Shown here: piece after piece, positions 35,260 through 39,492 of the stretch | Position numbering within the stretch: the first letter of the stretch is position 1 | How the letters are laid out: each line of letters opens with the position of its first letter | From: a virus | Virus record (IMG/VR): IMGVR_UViG_3300045988_127307 | Span: 1-39,492 of that record | DNA: 39,492 nt | Reading direction: 5' to 3' (one strand) | The notes under the pieces: model-generated | What the model was told of the DNA's origin: nothing | What the model saw: only the letters and a program-made list of their open reading frames with translations | Database searches by the model: none | Translations under genes and position numbers: made by a program

Positions 35260-36240
35260 ATGATTGGATTAATAGATGTAGATAGTAAAATTCCTAATCT
35301 TGCACTTATGAAACTTTCAACTTATTACAAGTCAATCGGAGAAACAGTCGAATTTGTGCAAGATGGAAAAGAATACGAAAAAATATTTGCAAGTGCAATT
35401 TTTACTAGAAGTAAATCTATTTGTGAAGATCTAGTAAATAAATATGAAGATAAAATAGAAATCGGTGGAACAGGCTGGGATATAAAAAAGACTTTGCCTG
35501 ATAAAATTGAAAAACTTAGACCTGATTATGAGCTATATAGCATAGAAGAAATAGCTAGTAGAATGAAAGGTATTGGAACAAAGGAACACAAACTAAAAAA
35601 GGCTAAGGAAATTGTAGAGGCTGGTATGGGATATACATCTAGAGGTTGTGTAAGAAATTGTGGATTTTGCTTTGTACCAGAAAAAGAAGGTGAGTTTCAT
35701 GATGTAGCTGAAATAAGTGATTTACTTAATCCTAAAAGTAATATTTTGATTTTACATGATAATAATCTTACTGCTGATCCGTATTGCATAGATAAACTAA
35801 AAGAAATAAAAGAACGTAAACTTATAGTTGATATAAATCAAGGATGTGATGTAAGACTTATGACAGATGAAAAGGCTTACTGGTTAGGACAAGTAAAACA
35901 TTTAAGAAGTTTACATTATGCATGGGATTTAATGGGACACGAAAGAAAGGTGCTAGAAGGTATTGAAACACTTAGCAAGCATGTAAAGAAGTATAAACAT
36001 ATGTGCTTTATGTTAGTTGGTTATAACACTACTTTTGAGGAAGATATGTATAGATTTAAAACATTAACTTCGTTAAAAGTAGACCCATTTGTAATGATTT
36101 ATAATCAAATACCTGATTTAAGACTTAAACATTTTGCTAGATGGGTTAATAGTAGAATTTATAAGAAATGCACAAATTTTGAAGAATACGGACCTTGGGT
36201 AAAGGCTCAAGTGAAATATAATCAACTGACATTTTTTTAG
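35260..36240 (+). CDS. radical SAM enzyme with an N-terminal Rossmann/B12-binding-like region
   Basis: A CX3CX2C cluster lies in GYTSRGCVRNCGFCFVP. ATG 35260 follows SD AGGTGA (the track ORF starts at GTG 35251). Confidence 0.75.
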   Translation: MIGLIDVDSKIPNLALMKLSTYYKSIGETVEFVQDGKEYEKIFASAIFTRSKSICEDLVNKYEDKIEIGGTGWDIKKTLPDKIEKLRPDYELYSIEEIASRMKGIGTKEHKLKKAKEIVEAGMGYTSRGCVRNCGFCFVPEKEGEFHDVAEISDLLNPKSNILILHDNNLTADPYCIDKLKEIKERKLIVDINQGCDVRLMTDEKAYWLGQVKHLRSLHYAWDLMGHERKVLEGIETLSKHVKKYKHMCFMLVGYNTTFEEDMYRFKTLTSLKVDPFVMIYNQIPDLRLKHFARWVNSRIYKKCTNFEEYGPWVKAQVKYNQLTFF

Positions 36241-36255
36241 GAGGATATAAAGAAA

Positions 36256-36819
36256 TTGAATACAGAAGAAAAAAACAAATTAGCAGAAGAAAATTTAGGA
36301 TTAGTTTATTTAGTTGTAAACAAAGAATTTACTTATGAAAAAACTACAGAAAGCGATAGAGAAAACTACATAGAAGAAGGTATGATTGGATTAGCAAAAG
36401 CTATTAATACATTTAATCCAAGTAAAGGTGCTAAATTTAGTACATATGCTTATACATGCATAAAATTTGAAATAAATAGCTATGTAAGAAAGAAAAACAA
36501 TCATAAAAGAAAAATAAACTATGTTTGTAAAAATTCAATAGATGAATATATAAAAGGAGATGAAGGGAGTAAAATATTAACTCACAAAGATATTTTAATG
36601 GATACGAAAGATGCTTATTCTTCTTTAGTAAATAGAGATGAAATATTAAATATACTTGGAAAGATGAAGATAAAAAATATAAAGTATATCACTTTAAAAC
36701 GTGCAGAAGGTTATACGTATGAAAAAATAGGTAATAAAATTGGAGTTAGTAAAGAAACAATACGAGCAAGATTGAATAAAGCTAAAAAAGAATTAATCGA
36801 ATTAGGAATAACAGCATAA
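36256..36819 (+). CDS. sigma-70 family RNA polymerase sigma factor
   Basis: Region 2: EEGMIGLAKAINTFNPSKGAKFSTYAYTCIKFEI. Region 4 HTH: EGYTYEKIGNKIGVSKETIRARLNKAKKEL. The start codon is TTG. Confidence 0.8.
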   Translation: MNTEEKNKLAEENLGLVYLVVNKEFTYEKTTESDRENYIEEGMIGLAKAINTFNPSKGAKFSTYAYTCIKFEINSYVRKKNNHKRKINYVCKNSIDEYIKGDEGSKILTHKDILMDTKDAYSSLVNRDEILNILGKMKIKNIKYITLKRAEGYTYEKIGNKIGVSKETIRARLNKAKKELIELGITA

Positions 36820-36829
36820 GGAGGTTTAA

Positions 36830-37096
36830 ATGAAAGAGATAACAAAAGAAAGACTAATACATATAGCAAATGATATACAGGCAATAGAAATGTCGGAAAT
36901 GACTAATGCTATATTAGCAGTTAAACTCGAAAAAAACATAACAGACAAAGTAAAAAGAACAAATTATATAAACTCTTTGAAACAATTAATTATTAAGAAA
37001 GATATAAAAATATATTTTGATAATTTATTAGATTATGGAGAAATAAAAATATATTTTAAAAACGGAGATATAAGAAATTACTTAGTAGTAGATTAG
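36830..37096 (+). CDS. hypothetical protein
   Basis: 88-aa ORF with SD AAGGAGG upstream. Confidence 0.45.
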   Translation: MKEITKERLIHIANDIQAIEMSEMTNAILAVKLEKNITDKVKRTNYINSLKQLIIKKDIKIYFDNLLDYGEIKIYFKNGDIRNYLVVD

Positions 37097-37202
37097 GTGA
37101 AAAAATGATTGGAGCTCAAGTGAAATATAATCAACTGACCTCCTTTTAGGAGGGAATATGAACAAAGAAGAAATGGAAAGGAATAGAGAAAAAAATGAAT
37201 AA
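37094..37202 (+). repeat. collapsed copy of the rSAM gene ends plus its downstream RBS, with a possible degenerate sigma-like start
   Basis: 37094-37113 matches 35248-35268 (SD plus ATG ATT GGA; one indel). 37114-37139 is identical to 36205-36230 (the last 26 nt of the rSAM gene excluding its stop). TTTTAGGAGG is shared after that point. Confidence 0.85.
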
Positions 37203-37476
37203 AAAAGAAAATACAATAAAATACTTCATGAAGGCATCAGAAAATGAGGAATTATTTACAACTATCGCAATGGAAGAATGTGCAGAATTAATTCAAGCAA
37301 TAAGCAAAGCAAAACGAGGCAAATTGGATGCTGACAACATGGCAGAGGAAATAGCTGATGTACTAATAGGAATTGAATGGCTTAAAGAATTATATGATAT
37401 TGATGCTTTAGAAGTACAAAAGTGGATAGCATATAAACAAAACAGAATCGCAAAAAAACTGGAAAATAGGGGGTAA
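37195..37476 (+). CDS. MazG-like nucleotide pyrophosphohydrolase
   Basis: The segment AMEECAELIQAIS...MAEEIADVLIGIEWL carries EE..E and EE..D metal-binding helices. Confidence 0.65.
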   Translation: MNKKENTIKYFMKASENEELFTTIAMEECAELIQAISKAKRGKLDADNMAEEIADVLIGIEWLKELYDIDALEVQKWIAYKQNRIAKKLENRG

Positions 37477-37480
37477 GTAT

Positions 37481-37702
37481 ATGGCAGAGCAATACAGAAA
37501 ATTTAGAATAATTTTAAAAAGTGGTAAGGAATTTGAAAGAAGTTTCAAAGAGGAAAATATCATAAGAAATTTAGCAGATATAAATAAAATAGCAGAGGAA
37601 GAAGAAAAGGGAATCAATTTATTTAAAGATGATAAAGATGGTCAAAATTTCTTTGTAAGATTTTCAGAAGTAGCAGCTATAGTTGATATAACAGAAAATT
37701 AG
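37481..37702 (+). CDS. hypothetical protein
   Basis: 73-aa ORF with SD-like AGGGGG upstream. Confidence 0.45.
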   Translation: MAEQYRKFRIILKSGKEFERSFKEENIIRNLADINKIAEEEEKGINLFKDDKDGQNFFVRFSEVAAIVDITEN

Positions 37703-37711
37703 GTGATAAAG

Positions 37712-37888
37712 ATGAAATGTAAATACTTTAAAAAAGAAACTGGCGATAAATACTGCAGCAACTATTTAGGACCACAAATAGTAGGAGCATATGGAGAAGG
37801 AACGATTATAAAACATAACTGTAAAGATAAATGCAAGTATGTTGATTGTAAGAAACTTGAAGAATTACAAGTACTAAAAAGGGGGTGA
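37712..37888 (+). CDS. Cys-rich small protein
   Basis: ATG 37712 lies 7 nt after SD AGGTGA. Six Cys residues in 58 aa. Confidence 0.4.
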   Translation: MKCKYFKKETGDKYCSNYLGPQIVGAYGEGTIIKHNCKDKCKYVDCKKLEELQVLKRG

Positions 37889-38007
37889 TAAGCTTTGCTA
37901 TTAAACAGAGTGAATGAAATTGTAGAACTGGCTAAGAAATACATAGAAAAGGGATATAGCACATTGGAAGCAATTAAATTAGCTGAAAAGGAATTGGAGG
38001 AAGATTA

Positions 38008-38163
38008 ATGGAAGAAGTAAAGCAAGCATTAGAAGTATTAAAAAAAGAATGTACTAAACAAGATGACTGCGAAGGTTGCTCAATATCTAAGGTATTAGGA
38101 TATAGTTGCCAAGAGGTAGCTATTCCAGAAGAATGGGAAATAAAAGGGGAAAAATATGAATAG
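38008..38163 (+). CDS. 51-aa Cys-containing micro-protein (MEEVKQALEVLKKECTKQDDCEGCS...)
   Basis: SD GGAGG lies 7 nt before the ATG. Preferred over the antisense track ORF at 37974-38180. Confidence 0.35.
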   Translation: MEEVKQALEVLKKECTKQDDCEGCSISKVLGYSCQEVAIPEEWEIKGEKYE

Positions 38164-38230
38164 AGCAATAGCAGACGCAATAATCATATTTGTTATAAGT
38201 TTGTGGATAGTAAGCAGATTATGCATGTAA
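38156..38230 (+). CDS. 24-aa hydrophobic micro-protein (MNRAIADAIIIFVISLWIVSRLCM)
   Basis: SD AAGGGGA lies 5-6 nt before the ATG. It overlaps the upstream stop codon. Confidence 0.3.
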   Translation: MNRAIADAIIIFVISLWIVSRLCM

Positions 38231-38313
38231 GATACAAATAATTGACATAAAAAAAGGAATGCTTTCACATTCCGACAAATTCCTTAATAATATTATAACA
38301 GGAGTGTGGGAGC

Positions 38314-38772
38314 ATGGCTAGTAAAACAATAGAAAAAGATAAAATATTTTCAGATGCAGAAGGTAAGTTATATAATTATAATTCTATGAAAATAGAATTA
38401 AACAGTCTAAAAATAGATTTAGAATATTTAGAAATAGATTACAAGGGATGCAAAGCTATTAGCTATGCTGATGAAAGAACAGGACAAACAAATAACATAA
38501 GCAATACAGTTGAAAATGAAGTACTTGCAAAAGAGAGACAGATAATAGAAATAGAAAATAAGATACATAAAAAAGAGAGACAAATTAGAAAAATAGAAAA
38601 TGCACTAGAGCTGCTAAAAGAAGAAGAGAAAAGACTTGTTAGCTTTAGATATTTCTCTAATAGAAAAAAAGCACCAAGCTGGTTAGATGTAGGAGAAGAA
38701 ATAGGATATAGTGATAAAAAATGTAGAATTATGAGAAACGATATAATAAACAAAATAAAATCACTTATATGA
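38314..38772 (+). CDS. ArpU/RinA-like late gene transcriptional activator
   Basis: 152 aa with a central coiled coil and a C-terminal sigma region-4-like segment (EEEKRLVSFRYFSN...SWLDVGEEIGYSDKKCRIMRNDIINKI). It is the last gene before the packaging module. Confidence 0.7.
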   Translation: MASKTIEKDKIFSDAEGKLYNYNSMKIELNSLKIDLEYLEIDYKGCKAISYADERTGQTNNISNTVENEVLAKERQIIEIENKIHKKERQIRKIENALELLKEEEKRLVSFRYFSNRKKAPSWLDVGEEIGYSDKKCRIMRNDIINKIKSLI

Positions 38773-38839
38773 TTTCCGTAAAAGTTCCGTAAAGTTACCT
38801 CATAATTTCCGTAAAAGTTCCTTTTTTAGACGGAAAACT
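38773..38839. repeat. TTCCGTAAA(A)GTT repeats: three direct copies plus one inverted TTCCGT
   Basis: TTTCCGTAAAAGTTCC occurs at 38773-38788 and 38806-38821. GTTCCGTAAAGTTACC occurs at 38784-38799. An inverted AGACGGAAAAC occurs at 38829-38839. Confidence 0.9.
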
Positions 38840-39059
38840 ATAGTATATTTGTATTATAGGAAAATATAAAAGTTGTTTTCTTTACGAACTCTTATTGAAT
38901 GTCAGATAGCCTGGTAACCTATTTGACTAGTATAATTGCTACAGTTTTTTAAAACATTGGTTTTTTCTTGGCACAGACTTGTGTCCTCCTTAAGTATGAA
39001 TATATAATTAACAACTTAGTTATGACAGGAAATGGCTGGGGGTAAAACCTCAGCAACGT

Positions 39060-39115
39060 GCAAGTAATGGAAATCACTCCCCCATGTGATACAGGTTCGA
39101 ATCCTGTAGCTTGCT
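39060..39115 (+). other. tRNA-like minihelix (acceptor-like stem plus canonical T-arm); not a complete tRNA
   Basis: T-arm ACAGG-TTCGAAT-CCTGT at 39091-39107. GCAAGT (39060-39065) pairs with GCTTGC (39109-39114). Only one further hairpin lies between them (ATCAC-tcccccat-GTGAT). There is no D-arm, and the total length is about 55 nt. Confidence 0.35.
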
Positions 39116-39177
39116 AATTGTAATTACTATCATACAACAGCAGAAACAGATTTTAATCTCATACTCAATTTAAAAAA

Positions 39178-39200
39178 GAGCCCTTCATGGGCTCCTTTTG
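39178..39200 (+). terminator. intrinsic terminator 25 nt upstream of the first late-operon ORF
   Basis: GAGCCC-ttcat-GGGCTC followed by CTTTTGTTG, with A6 on the 5' side. Confidence 0.65.
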
Positions 39201-39225
39201 TTGTGCAAAGAAAGAGTTGATCTAA

Positions 39226-39492
39226 ATGAGTAGAAAAATATTTCAAAGAAAAGAGTATTCAATTTATAGATGTAGTGACGGATTTGTTGTACATAATACA
39301 AACAAGAAATTTGAAAACGGACATACACATGTAAATAATTTTTATAAAGCTAAGATACTGGTTATTATGGCTATAAAAAGAGAGATAGACGATAAGCTAA
39401 GTAAAAGAGATATAGAAAGTCTTATTAGATTAACGAATGATAATAGATATAGAAATAAATTATTAGAATTAGAAAGGAGTGGTATTAATGGC
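39226..39492 (+). CDS. N-terminal part of the 93-aa hypothetical protein that continues at bases 1-114
   Basis: The frame is open from ATG 39226 to the window end. It encodes MSRKIFQRKEYSIYRCSDGFVVHNTNKKFENGHTHV... Confidence 0.5.
   Translation, partial: MSRKIFQRKEYSIYRCSDGFVVHNTNKKFENGHTHVNNFYKAKILVIMAIKREIDDKLSKRDIESLIRLTNDNRYRNKLLELERSGING
39394..39492. repeat. 99-bp terminal overlap identical to bases 1-99 (circular or permuted assembly)
   Basis: Compared base by base: AAGCTAAGTAAAAGAGATATAG...GGTATTAATGGC at both ends. Confidence 0.95.

Noticed and set aside
37158-37202. The 14-codon ORF as a true truncated copy of the sigma factor gene
   Set aside because: Similarity to the sigma start (36256 onward) is only about 60-65 percent over 39 A-rich nucleotides, which could arise by chance. 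Only the rSAM start and end repeats and the shared RBS are treated as solid.
37974-38180. A 68-aa - strand ORF from the track
   Set aside because: It has no ribosome site and runs against the uniform + strand orientation of the early region. The + strand has two SD-preceded micro-ORFs covering the same bases.
39034-39117. A canonical tRNA gene, possibly a UGA suppressor that would explain the in-frame TGA at 4947
   Set aside because: Only the T-arm and an acceptor-like stem are present. No D-arm can be drawn, the element is about 55 nt, and the central hairpin has an 8-nt loop (TCCCCCAT). The nearby TCA at 39074-39076 is not preceded by U33 or followed by a purine, so it does not sit in a proper anticodon loop. 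The element is reported only as a tRNA-like minihelix.

Overview
The window is a complete, circularly permuted genome of a low-GC, Clostridium-like temperate siphovirus or prophage. Bases 39394-39492 repeat bases 1-99 exactly, so the unit length is 39,393 bp. Almost all real genes are on the + strand. In order they are: a small ORF, terS, terL (split by an intron), portal, a Mu F/SPP1 gp7-like head protein, a free-standing HNH gene, scaffold, major capsid, head-tail joining genes, major tail protein, two overlapping tail chaperone frames, tape measure, Dit, a 1605-aa Tal with two lysin domains, a 1354-aa receptor-binding protein, and an XhlA/holin/amidase lysis cassette. The lysogeny module follows, mostly on the - strand: attP-like repeats, tyrosine integrase, a PH-like/SHOCT protein and an XRE repressor. 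Rightward early genes then follow: cro-like, Rha/KilAC antirepressor, Gp157, RecT, replisome organizer, DnaC-like loader, radical SAM enzyme, sigma factor, MazG-like and an ArpU/RinA-like late regulator. A 450-bp structured non-coding region leads back into the packaging genes. The items most worth follow-up are: (1) a group I intron with an HNH gene inside terL; (2) an in-frame TGA inside the conserved motif of the Mu F-like gene; (3) a perfect SOS (LexA) box controlling a 37-codon ORF that converges on a repressor lacking a cleavage domain; (4) a collapsed 'ghost' of the radical SAM gene downstream of the rSAM-sigma block; (5) a long leader upstream of the late operon that contains repeats, a tRNA-like T-arm/acceptor minihelix and an intrinsic terminator. 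No CRISPR array, canonical tRNA or rRNA was seen. Product calls rest on motif recognition by eye, not on database searches.
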